NCBI GenBank assembly: GCA_017540455.1
Contig: JAFYAZ010000010.1
Location: 1 to 54,990, forward strand
Length of the DNA: 54,990 nt
Reading direction: 5' to 3'
Source: Bacilli bacterium
Lineage (GTDB): Bacteria > Bacillota_I > Bacilli_A > RFN20 > CAG-826
Shown here: piece by piece, positions 1-8,503 of the stretch
Layout of the letters: the number at the start of each line of letters is the position of its first letter
Position numbering within the stretch: the stretch's first letter is position 1
Notes under the pieces: model-generated
Databases searched by the model: none
The model's input: only the letters and a program-made list of their open reading frames with translations
What the model was told of the DNA's origin: nothing
Translations under genes and position numbers: made by a program

Positions 1-1
1 C

Positions 2-958
2 CCATGGAATTATCGCCGCGTCATCCTTTGCACCGACGACAAACACGCGGCCGAGATCAAGAAGAACGGCCACCTCGATGACGCTCTCAGAAGAGTCGTC
101 AAAGCAGGCCTTGACCCAATCACCGCCATCGCGATCGGCACCCTTAACAATGCTGAATGCTATCGCCTCCGTTATAGAGGCGCCATCGCACCTTTCTATT
201 TCGCTGACCTCGTAGTCATGGATAACCTCAAAGACTTCAACGCCAAGATGGTCTTCAAGGATGGCAAACTCGTCGCCAAAGATGGCAAACCTCTCTTTGA
301 CACGAGCAAGAGATATCTCCCAGACTTCGTCAAGAACACCGTCCATGTGAAGGATTTCACCGCTGACGACTTCAAGATCGAACTCAAATCCAAGAAAGCC
401 CGCATCATGACCACCGAATCTAGCGGAGTCATGACAGGGGAGGCCATCATGGAAGTCGCTTCCAAAGATGGCGATGTCGTTTTAGAAGGAACCGACCTCC
501 TTAAGATGATCGTCGTCGAAAGGCATAAGATGACCGGAAACATCGGCAAAGCCCTCATCAAAGGCTATGGCTTCAAAGGCGGCGCGATGGGCATCTCCGT
601 CGCTCACGACTCCCATAACATCATTCTCCTTGGCGATGATAACGAATCGCTCTTAAAAGCCACCAATGAGCTTAGAAGAATCGGTGGAGGCATGGTCATC
701 GTCGACAAAAAGAACGGCACCGTCGAATCCGTTCAGCTTGATATCGCCGGCTTAATGTCGAGCAAACCAAGCGAGGTCGTCCAAGAAGAGAGCCAGAAAC
801 TTATCGATAAGGCCTACTCGATGGGCGTCGATAGGAACAAAGAAGCCTTCTTCTCGCTCACCTTCCTCTCTCTTGCCGTCATCCCTCATCTCCGTTTGGT
901 CGACAAAGGCCTATTCGACGTCTTCAAGTTCGACTTCGTCCCTCTCGAGGCGGAATAA
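2..958 (+). CDS. ade: adenine deaminase, C-terminal ~318 aa (N-terminus upstream of window)
   Basis: Frame 2 is open from the window edge (PWNYRRVILCTDDKHAAEIKKNGHLDDALRRVVKAGLDPITAIAIGTLNNAECYRL..GAIAPFYFADLVVMDNLKDF) and runs into the 218..958 ORF. This matches the conserved C-terminal half of AdeC-type adenine deaminases. TAA stop is followed by a terminator hairpin. Confidence 0.85.
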   Translation, partial: PWNYRRVILCTDDKHAAEIKKNGHLDDALRRVVKAGLDPITAIAIGTLNNAECYRLRYRGAIAPFYFADLVVMDNLKDFNAKMVFKDGKLVAKDGKPLFDTSKRYLPDFVKNTVHVKDFTADDFKIELKSKKARIMTTESSGVMTGEAIMEVASKDGDVVLEGTDLLKMIVVERHKMTGNIGKALIKGYGFKGGAMGISVAHDSHNIILLGDDNESLLKATNELRRIGGGMVIVDKKNGTVESVQLDIAGLMSSKPSEVVQEESQKLIDKAYSMGVDRNKEAFFSLTFLSLAVIPHLRLVDKGLFDVFKFDFVPLEAE

Positions 959-974
959 ACCCATAAAAACAAAG

Positions 975-1000
975 GCCTAAGAATTTCTTAGGCTTTTTTT
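975..1000 (+). terminator. Rho-independent terminator after ade
   Basis: GCCTAAG / CTTAGGC 7-bp stem, 5-nt loop, then a T7 run. Confidence 0.8.
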
Positions 1001-1048
1001 GTGCGTGTCGCTTGTAAGGAAAAGGAAAATCGTACAATAATTATTTAG

Positions 1049-2116
1049 ATGGTTTTCCTAGAGAATAGCGAAATTCGCAACCATATGACTCTTGAGGCGG
1101 TCATGTCTTTGCCAAAGGCGCCTTTGATTTCAAAAGGCAAACAAGGCAAGAAGAATGAGGATCGCCTTGATTTTATTTATGCCTTGGGAAACCAAGGCGT
1201 CATCCTTAGAAGAGCCGCTTTCCCAAGCGATTTCGACCCAAAGAAAGCCTGCCCTTCCTTCGAAGATAGAGATTATCTAGAAAACCTCAATATCTTCGGC
1301 GCCTACTATCTTTCCTCGAAAACTGATAGCAGCATCCTCGATGCCGGCTTAGCCAATAAGAACATCCAGAGAGTCATCGACGCTCTTAAGAAAGAAGCCT
1401 TCGCCCTCATTAAGAAAGAAGGAGAAGACGAAGTGAGGCACTATGCCTTCGTCGAAAGAAAGCTTATGGACACTCCTTTGGTGAGGAACGCTTTCGAAAT
1501 CGCCCTTGAAGCCCATAAGAATGAGACCGATGCCTCTGGCATGTGCTACATGTATCACATCATTAGGGTCGCTTTAGCCTGCGTCACCGAATATGAGATC
1601 GTCACCGCGCTTCTCCATGACGCGATCGAAGGCCATGATGGCAGATATAGGGTTGAGAAGCTTTCCATCTATGGCTTCCCACGTGAAGTATTGGGAGCTC
1701 TCCTCCATCTCGACCATGACCGCATCACCCCATATATCGCCTATACCTATGAAGCCGCCCGCAATGAGATCGCTAGAGCGGTCAAGCATGCTGAGCTACT
1801 TGATAACCTCGATGAATCGAGGAACCATGGCAAGCACCGCAAGAGAGCCCTTTATTACTTCAAAGCCCTCTCCCTCATTGAGAAATACCCGTATTTCGAC
1901 GATACCTCGACCCTTTATCTTTACGACCTAAAGAACAATTGCTTCCTTAAGAAGACCAAAGAAGGTCACTTCATCCTTCAGGAAGGCACCTTCAAGCCTT
2001 GCCGCTACAAAGTCGATTATGAAGATGTGGTGGATGTCTCCTTCTATTCCGACGACGAATCGGTCTTATCGGATAACATGCCATTCTTCGAGGATGGCGT
2101 CCTCCAGCTTGAATAA
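1049..2116 (+). CDS. HD-domain protein, RelA/SpoT-type (p)ppGpp-hydrolase-like core flanked by unassigned N- and C-terminal regions
   Basis: Central segment ALEAHKNETDASGMCYMYHIIRVALA..IVTALLHDAIEGHDG..YGFPREVLGALLHLDHD resembles the His...HD pattern of RSH/SAH hydrolase domains. Start is uncertain: ATG 1049 has no SD but sits 10 nt after TACAAT, and internal ATGs exist. Flanked by terminators on both sides. Confidence 0.6.
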   Translation: MVFLENSEIRNHMTLEAVMSLPKAPLISKGKQGKKNEDRLDFIYALGNQGVILRRAAFPSDFDPKKACPSFEDRDYLENLNIFGAYYLSSKTDSSILDAGLANKNIQRVIDALKKEAFALIKKEGEDEVRHYAFVERKLMDTPLVRNAFEIALEAHKNETDASGMCYMYHIIRVALACVTEYEIVTALLHDAIEGHDGRYRVEKLSIYGFPREVLGALLHLDHDRITPYIAYTYEAARNEIARAVKHAELLDNLDESRNHGKHRKRALYYFKALSLIEKYPYFDDTSTLYLYDLKNNCFLKKTKEGHFILQEGTFKPCRYKVDYEDVVDVSFYSDDESVLSDNMPFFEDGVLQLE

Positions 2117-2140
2117 ACGCTCTAGATAGGGCGTTTTTTT
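2117..2140 (+). terminator. Rho-independent terminator after HD-domain gene
   Basis: ACGCTC / GGGCGT stem (one G-U pair), 6-nt loop, T7 run. Confidence 0.7.
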
Positions 2141-2143
2141 ATG

Positions 2144-2171
2144 AAAAAAGACCTGCCATTACGACAGGTCT
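2144..2171 (-). terminator. Rho-independent terminator after phosphoketolase gene (A-run/T-run on both sides, potentially bidirectional)
   Basis: AGACCTG / CAGGTCT stem. It is flanked by A6 on the + strand (T6 on the - strand) and TATTTTTTT on the + strand. Confidence 0.75.
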
Positions 2172-2188
2172 ATTTTTTTGAAAGAAGT

Positions 2189-4567
2189 TTATTTGCCTTG
2201 CCATTTCCAGTTGGCGACTTCTGGAAGATCGAGACCATACTCGTGGATGTATTGCTTATGCTCAACGAGTTTGTCGCTCATCTTCTGGTAGAGGTATGCG
2301 CCGCGGTTGCCGAGGTTTGACAACTTAAGGAGCATCGACTGAACGAGGTGGAAGCGATCGACTTCATTCTGGACGCGGACGTCGAATGGAGTGGTGATGG
2401 TTCCTTCTTCGTGGTAGCCATGGACGTGGATGTTATGGTTGTGACGGCGATAGGTAAGCTCATGGATGAGGGTTGGATAGCCGTGGAAGTTGAAGATGAC
2501 AGGCTTGTCTTTGGTGAAGAGCATATCGAACTGATCATCGCTAAGGCCGTGCTTATGGAGTGATTTTGGCTGAAGTCTGAATAAGTCGACGACGTTGATG
2601 AAACGGATCTTAACGTCCGGGAGTTCCTTATGCATGATGTCAGCGGCGGCAAGAGCCTCAAGTGTTGGGGTCTCGCCAGCGCAGGCTAAGACGATGTCTG
2701 GTTCCTGGCCCTGGTCATTAGAGGCCCAGTCCCAGATGGAGATGCCCTGAGTGCAGTGCTTGACGGCTTCTTCCATGGAAAGCCATTGTGGACGTGGATG
2801 CTTGGAAGCGATGATGACGTTGACGTAGTTCTTACTACGTAAGCAATGGTCCATGGTGCTAAGCAAGCAGTTGGCATCCGGTGGGAGATATAAGCGGACG
2901 ACGTCGGCTTTCTTGTTGGCGATATGATCCATGAAGCCTGGGTCTTGGTGGGTGAATCCGTTATGGTCTTGCTGCCAGACGGTGGAAGCAAGGATGAGGT
3001 TAAGGGAAGCGATTTCCTCTCTCCAAGGAAGCTGGTTGCAGACCTTGAGCCACTTAGCGTGCTGGGCGACCATAGAGTCGATGATACGGGCGAAAGCCTC
3101 ATAGGAAGCGAAGAAACCATGACGTCCGGTGAGGAGGTAGCCTTCAAGCCAGCCTTCGCAAAGGTGCTCAGAGAGCATGGAATCGATGACGCGGCCATCG
3201 GCGGCTAAGAATTCATCGGTTGGGAGGGTTTCGGCATCCCATTGACGGTCGGTGACTTCGAAGATGTGGTTGAGACGGTTGGAAAGGGTCTCGTCTGGTC
3301 CGAAGACACGGAAGTTTCTGGCGTCTTTGTTCAAAGTGATGATGTCACGGACGAAGGAACCAAGCTCGATCATGTCCTGGCCTTCTTTGGCGCCGTGCTC
3401 TTTGACCTTGATGCCGTACTTACGGAAGTCAGGCATACGGAGGTCGCGGAGAAGGAGACCGCCATTGGCGTGGAGGTTAGCGCCGATTCTGGCGTTGCCT
3501 TTTGGAGCGAGTTCGCGGATTTCTGGGAGGATATGTCCTTCGGAATCGAATAATTCCTCTGGCTTGTAGCTACGGAGCCACTCTTCAAGCTGAGCGAGTT
3601 CTCCGTCTTTGTCCATTGGGAGTGGGACTTGGTGGGCTCTAAAAGAGCCTTCGACCATCTTGCCATCGACGAATTTTGGTCCGGTCCATCCTTTTGGGGT
3701 GCGGAGGACGATCATTGGCCAAATTGGTCTGGTTGGGTCGTTGTTTTCTCTGGCGTGCTTCTGGATGGCTTTGATCTTCTCGATGCAGGCGTCAGTGGCT
3801 TCGGCCATGGCTTTATGCATCTTCATTGGATCGTCGCCTTCGACGAAGTATGGCTCCCAGCCCATGCCGCGGAGATAGCTGACTAACTCTTCGTGAGGGA
3901 TACGGCTAAGAATGGTTGGGTTGGAGATTTTGTAGCCGTTGAGGTGGAGGATTGGGAGAACCGCACCATCGGTGATTGGGTTGAGGAACTTGTTGCTCTG
4001 CCAAGAAGTGGCAAGAGGGCCAGTCTCAGCCTCGCCATCACCAACGATGACAGCGGCAATCAAATCCGGGTTATCGAAGACGGCGCCAAAGCCATGGGCG
4101 ATGGAATAGCCAAGCTCGCCGCCTTCGTTGATTGAACCAGGGGTCTCAGGGGCGCAGTGGCTTGGGACTCCTCCTGGGAATGAGAATTGTTTGAATAATT
4201 TTCTAAGGCCATCTTCATCCTGGGAGATGTTTGGATAGATCTCGCTATAAGTGCCATCGATGTAGTCGTTGGCGATGAAGAAGTTGCCACCATGTCCTGG
4301 ACCACTCAAAAGGATAAGGTCGAGGTCATATTTCTTGATGGCTCTGTTCATGTGACAGAAAATGAAGTTCTGTCCAGGAACCGTGCCCCAGTGGCCGACG
4401 ATTTTCTTCTTAACATCAGCCTCAGTCAATGGGCGTTTGAGTAATGGATTGTCCAACAGATAAAGTTGGGCAGCGGAAAGGTAATTGGCCGTACGCCAGA
4501 AAGCGTTTAATTTTTTGAGATAGCTTTCGGTGATAGGTCCCTTTTCTTCGATTTGTTTTTCTGACAT
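2189..4567 (-). CDS. xfp: xylulose-5-phosphate/fructose-6-phosphate phosphoketolase
   Basis: 792 aa. Hallmark motifs [19 protein letters not shown] and GDGEAETGP (ThDP-dependent XFP family). AGGAG SD precedes the ATG. Confidence 0.95.
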   Translation of the reverse strand: MSEKQIEEKGPITESYLKKLNAFWRTANYLSAAQLYLLDNPLLKRPLTEADVKKKIVGHWGTVPGQNFIFCHMNRAIKKYDLDLILLSGPGHGGNFFIANDYIDGTYSEIYPNISQDEDGLRKLFKQFSFPGGVPSHCAPETPGSINEGGELGYSIAHGFGAVFDNPDLIAAVIVGDGEAETGPLATSWQSNKFLNPITDGAVLPILHLNGYKISNPTILSRIPHEELVSYLRGMGWEPYFVEGDDPMKMHKAMAEATDACIEKIKAIQKHARENNDPTRPIWPMIVLRTPKGWTGPKFVDGKMVEGSFRAHQVPLPMDKDGELAQLEEWLRSYKPEELFDSEGHILPEIRELAPKGNARIGANLHANGGLLLRDLRMPDFRKYGIKVKEHGAKEGQDMIELGSFVRDIITLNKDARNFRVFGPDETLSNRLNHIFEVTDRQWDAETLPTDEFLAADGRVIDSMLSEHLCEGWLEGYLLTGRHGFFASYEAFARIIDSMVAQHAKWLKVCNQLPWREEIASLNLILASTVWQQDHNGFTHQDPGFMDHIANKKADVVRLYLPPDANCLLSTMDHCLRSKNYVNVIIASKHPRPQWLSMEEAVKHCTQGISIWDWASNDQGQEPDIVLACAGETPTLEALAAADIMHKELPDVKIRFINVVDLFRLQPKSLHKHGLSDDQFDMLFTKDKPVIFNFHGYPTLIHELTYRRHNHNIHVHGYHEEGTITTPFDVRVQNEVDRFHLVQSMLLKLSNLGNRGAYLYQKMSDKLVEHKQYIHEYGLDLPEVANWKWQGK

Positions 4568-4672
4568 ATCTTTACTCCTGCAAGCGCGGTACTCACCGCG
4601 TCGTATATTTTACGCGCCAATACGCACGAAGTAAAACGACATGCTTGTCGAAAAACTGGTTACAAATTAAGT

Positions 4673-4690
4673 TTATAGGTTAACCTATAA
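4673..4690. promoter_or_regulatory. perfect 18-bp palindrome TTATAGGTTAACCTATAA (candidate operator or AT-rich hairpin)
   Basis: Read directly from the sequence. It lies 9 nt beyond the stop of the 4699..4986 ORF and ~105 nt upstream of the xfp start. Confidence 0.35.
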
Positions 4691-4698
4691 TGATTTGA

Positions 4699-4986
4699 TT
4701 AGGCTCTTGTATCCATGAAGAGCTTTTTTCGTTTTTCGAGTTCGGTCAGGACGATTTCGTATTCTTCTTTTTCAAGTTCCTCAGGATCTTCGTCAATCAA
4801 GACTGGGGTCTTAAATTTTGTCTTGTCGTCATACTTCAACCATTCGGCATCGTTATAAAGATTCGCCATGTCGACGATCTCCATGGCCTTTTTGTCGGTC
4901 CTTGCATACACCGTCAAAGTCGCGCCGAATTTCTTGCTGAAGAAAAGGTACTTGTTTATCAGGTGTTTCTTGGATTTTTTGTCCAT
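4699..4986 (-). CDS. hypothetical 95-aa protein
   Basis: The ORF has a protein-like charged/aromatic composition (NDAEWLKYDDKTKFKTPVLIDEDPEELEKEEYEIV). No obvious SD and no recognisable motif. Confidence 0.45.
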   Translation of the reverse strand: MDKKSKKHLINKYLFFSKKFGATLTVYARTDKKAMEIVDMANLYNDAEWLKYDDKTKFKTPVLIDEDPEELEKEEYEIVLTELEKRKKLFMDTRA

Positions 4987-5021
4987 GGTCTAAAAAACCG
5001 CTAAGGATTTGCGGAGGATTT

Positions 5022-6086
5022 TTATTTGATGAATGGAGCGAAGGAAAGGCCCAAATTGACGTTGCTAAGAACGACAAAGGCGACGTAAGAAGCAACAAGG
5101 ACTGTTCCAAGCGCGTAGAAGATGATTCTATTCTGGATCTTGTTTCCGTCGACACCCTTGATAAGAAGGATGAGGCCGATAAGCAAAGCGATGAACTCAA
5201 TCGCGCCAAAGACGATCATCATGAAGGCGCTTTGGTCGAAGAAGTAGACGTTGGTTTTGCAACCAAATGAGAGGGCATCGGAGAAAGTGAGGATGAGGAA
5301 GTTGAAGATGCAGCTTCCGATAAGGTCGCTATAAGCGGCTTGGAAGTTCCTCTTTCTGGCAAGGTTGATGGTGGAGGTGAGCTCTGGGAGAGAGGTGGCA
5401 ACACCAAGGAAGAGCGCGCCGCCAAAGGATGCGCCAAGGCTATATTTCACGCTGATGGCGTCGGTCAGATAGGTAAGGAAGATTGAAGCGCCAACAAGGA
5501 TGACAGCAAAGACGACGAACAGAATGACCGCGGTTTTGAGGGTGATTTTGCTTTCTTTTTCCTCTTCTTCCTCGGCCTCTTCGATCTTTGGGGTCTTGAT
5601 GACTGAGATGACATAGACAACGATGATGAGGATGCTCACGGGGTTGAAGTAGCCAAGCATCCATCCATTAGGAACGAAGATAAAGCCAGCGATGGTGGTT
5701 AAGACATAGAGAGCCCCGCTGAAAGCCATGCTGACAAGGAAGTATTTTGAGACCTTCTTCTCAACCATCTTCTTAAAGAAGATGAAGAAGATGAGACAGA
5801 AGATCATCATATTGAAGAGGTTGCTTCCAAGGACGTTGCCAAGGACGTAGTTGTTGTCCTTGACGAAAACGGTCGCCGTCAATGACGAGAAGAGCTCTGG
5901 GAGAGAGGTGACCGCGGCAAGAAGAACACCGCCAAGGAAAGCTCCTGAGATGTTGCTCTTTTTGTCGATGATGTTGAGGAAATCGCTTAATTTAAGCGAA
6001 ACAAAGACTACGATCGCAGCTGTAACGACGTAGAGAAGAATAAGTGGAAAGTCATGTAAATCAGCTAATCCGGTTAAAACGTTCAT
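5022..6086 (-). CDS. Ca2+/Na+ (cation) antiporter, CaCA/YrbG family membrane protein
   Basis: Polytopic membrane protein with two alpha-repeat signatures (VTSLPELFSSLTA and ATSLPELTSTINLA) and a central acidic loop (EEAEEEEEKE). Confidence 0.8.
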   Translation of the reverse strand: MNVLTGLADLHDFPLILLYVVTAAIVVFVSLKLSDFLNIIDKKSNISGAFLGGVLLAAVTSLPELFSSLTATVFVKDNNYVLGNVLGSNLFNMMIFCLIFFIFFKKMVEKKVSKYFLVSMAFSGALYVLTTIAGFIFVPNGWMLGYFNPVSILIIVVYVISVIKTPKIEEAEEEEEKESKITLKTAVILFVVFAVILVGASIFLTYLTDAISVKYSLGASFGGALFLGVATSLPELTSTINLARKRNFQAAYSDLIGSCIFNFLILTFSDALSFGCKTNVYFFDQSAFMMIVFGAIEFIALLIGLILLIKGVDGNKIQNRIIFYALGTVLVASYVAFVVLSNVNLGLSFAPFIK

Positions 6087-6130
6087 GAGAGTATTTTAGT
6101 GCTTTCGATAGAAAATGAAACCCTTTTCAA

Positions 6131-6163
6131 GCAAAAGAAAAAGGACTGTCATAATGACAGCCC
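6131..6163 (-). terminator. Rho-independent terminator after ackA-nrnA
   Basis: On the minus strand: GGGCTGTC / GACAGTCC stem (one mismatch), 5-nt loop, then TTTTTCTTTT. Confidence 0.7.
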
Positions 6164-6168
6164 TTTGA

Positions 6169-7167
6169 TTAAGCGAATAATGCGTCGAGGTCAGCGATTA
6201 GGAGTGGGAGCTCCTCAAGGGATTTGATTTTGGCTCCGCTTGCTTGGGCGTGGCCTCCGCCTCTCCAAACATTCGCAACCTTCGAGATATCCTTCTCTTT
6301 TGAACGGATCGAGACTCTCCAACAATAGTCTTTGACGCTCGATTTGTCCTCGGTGACGGAGCACCAGGCGTTGACGCCGGCGATGTTGCTGAACATATTG
6401 ACGTTGTCCTTGCCTTGCTCGCGGGTGATGCCAAGCTCGTGGAGTGTGTCATCGCTAAGGATGTAATAGGCGACTCCGTGAGGGGAGACATGGAAATTTG
6501 AGAGGATATAGGCTTCGCACTTGAGGTCCTCAAGACTTCTTTCATACATCTCAAGATAGATGGAGTTGATGTCGATGCCAGTATCGATTAGAGCCTTGGC
6601 CACCGCAAAGGTATGACCAGAGGTATTGCGGTACTGGAATCTTCCAGAATCCCCAACAATTCCGATGTAGAAATACCTAGCGGCCTCTTTCGAGAGACGC
6701 GTTCCTTCCCAAGAAAGAAGGATGTCGCACATGAGCTCAGCGGCGGCAGGCTTATTGATATCGAGGATAGGGTGTTTGGCGATCTCTTTGATGAATGGGT
6801 GGTGGTCGACTTTGCAGATATAAGAGGCATACCTGTAACGAGGATCGGCAATCCTTTCATGGTCTCCGACATCGCAGACGATAGCGAGGAATGGTTCTTT
6901 GAACCAACTTTCGTTTAGTCTCTCGGTCTCTGGGAAGATGCGAGGTGTGTAGTTGACGTGGTTGTCACCAAGGAAATGGACTTCCTTCTCTGGGAAGTTG
7001 TCCTTGATGAAAGTGTATAAACCCATCTGGGTTCCCATCGCGTCAAAGTCAGGCCTGATATGGCGGAATATCGCAATTCTGTCATACCTTTTGATGGCTT
7101 GCTTAAAAAGAGAGAACTCTTTCTTATGCTCTAGGGCGTAGGCTTTGATGAGTGGGTCAAGTTTCAT
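6169..7167 (-). CDS. nrnA: DHH/DHHA1 phosphoesterase, NrnA-type oligoribonuclease/pAp phosphatase
   Basis: DHH motifs (RPDFDAMGT, CDVGD, KVDHHPF) and DHHA1 motif GGGHAQASGAK. The start was moved to the ATG at 7167, which overlaps the ackA stop as TAATG. The ORF-track start at 7197 would overlap ackA by 31 nt. Confidence 0.85.
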   Translation of the reverse strand: MKLDPLIKAYALEHKKEFSLFKQAIKRYDRIAIFRHIRPDFDAMGTQMGLYTFIKDNFPEKEVHFLGDNHVNYTPRIFPETERLNESWFKEPFLAIVCDVGDHERIADPRYRYASYICKVDHHPFIKEIAKHPILDINKPAAAELMCDILLSWEGTRLSKEAARYFYIGIVGDSGRFQYRNTSGHTFAVAKALIDTGIDINSIYLEMYERSLEDLKCEAYILSNFHVSPHGVAYYILSDDTLHELGITREQGKDNVNMFSNIAGVNAWCSVTEDKSSVKDYCWRVSIRSKEKDISKVANVWRGGGHAQASGAKIKSLEELPLLIADLDALFA

Positions 7168-8366
7168 TAGAGGGTTCCTTCTAAGGCCTTCATGCAATCA
7201 CGGGCGATCATGACTTCCTCATCGGTTGGGATGACGGCCACTTTGATGGCGGAGCCTTCCTTGGAGATGAGTCCTTCGCTTCCGTGAAGTTCATTATTCT
7301 TCTCGTAATCGATCTTAAGTGCAAGAGATTCTTCAATTCTCTTAAGGACTTCCTCACGGAATTTAGGGGCGTTCTCGCCAACGCCAGCGGTGAAGACGAT
7401 GAGGTCAGCGCCGCCAAGACGGACATAGTAAGAACCGATGAAGTCAGCGACTCTTCTGGCCCATAAATCAATGGAAAGCTGAGCTCTTGCATCGCCTTTT
7501 CTGGCAGCTTCCTCAACGTCGCGGGTGTCGTTAGAGATACCGCTGACGCCTAAGAATCCGCTCTTTTTGTTGAGGATATCGTAAACCTCATCATATGGGA
7601 GCTTGGCCTCGTCACAAAGATAGTAATAGACGGATGGGTCGATGTCACCGGAGCGGGTGCCCATCATGATTCCGCCAAGAGGGGTGAGACCCATGGAAGT
7701 GGCAACGCACTTGCCATTCTTGATGGCACAAAGGGAAGCGCCAGAGCCAAGGTGGCAGGAGATGATTCTCTTATCCTTGGTGTCTTTGACGTATTTCTCG
7801 CCTTCGATGGCGATGAAGTTATGGGAAGTGCCATGAGCACCGTATCTACGGCAATCGTATTTCTCGGTGTATTCATATGGGATTGGGAAGACATAGTCTT
7901 CTGGTTCCATGCTCTGATGGAAAGCAGTATCGAAGACGGCGATGGCAGTGGCCTCTGGAAGGGCGTCTTTGAAAGCGTGGAAACCCATTAAGTGGGCTGG
8001 AGCGTGGAGAGGATCGAGTGGGATGAGCTTGGTGATCTTCTCTTCGGTATCCTTATTAAAATAAGCGGATTTGCTGAAGTATTTTCCACCCTGGACGACG
8101 CGGTGGCCGACGGCCTTGATCTCGTCATAGGACTTGATGATGTTGAACTCGAGAAGGGCTTTGAGAATGCGCGCGACACCGACAGAGTGATCTGGGAGTG
8201 GGAGGACTTCCTCTTTCTTCTCGCCGTTGAATTTGATGACGAAGTGTCCGTCATCGTGGCCGATTCTCTCGACCAAGCCTGAACAAATAACTTTCTCTTC
8301 TGGCATCTCGTAGAGCTTGTACTTGATGGAAGAGCTTCCGGCATTGACTGCCATGCATTTTGACAT
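7167..8366 (-). CDS. ackA: acetate kinase
   Basis: 399 aa. N-terminal VNAGSSSIKYKLY plus HRVVQGG, AFHQSM and GTRSGDIDP motifs. GAGGT SD. Confidence 0.95.
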   Translation of the reverse strand: MSKCMAVNAGSSSIKYKLYEMPEEKVICSGLVERIGHDDGHFVIKFNGEKKEEVLPLPDHSVGVARILKALLEFNIIKSYDEIKAVGHRVVQGGKYFSKSAYFNKDTEEKITKLIPLDPLHAPAHLMGFHAFKDALPEATAIAVFDTAFHQSMEPEDYVFPIPYEYTEKYDCRRYGAHGTSHNFIAIEGEKYVKDTKDKRIISCHLGSGASLCAIKNGKCVATSMGLTPLGGIMMGTRSGDIDPSVYYYLCDEAKLPYDEVYDILNKKSGFLGVSGISNDTRDVEEAARKGDARAQLSIDLWARRVADFIGSYYVRLGGADLIVFTAGVGENAPKFREEVLKRIEESLALKIDYEKNNELHGSEGLISKEGSAIKVAVIPTDEEVMIARDCMKALEGTL

Positions 8367-8503
8367 AGTGAATTACCTCTTTTAACCGAGAAAGATTTTA
8401 CTCTAAGTAAAGCCTAAGGGCAAAGGAAACAAATAATTGTCTTTTTCTTTTCTAAAAGAAACTTGTAACTTATAATTGTGGCTTAAGAAAGGAAGAAACG
8501 AGC

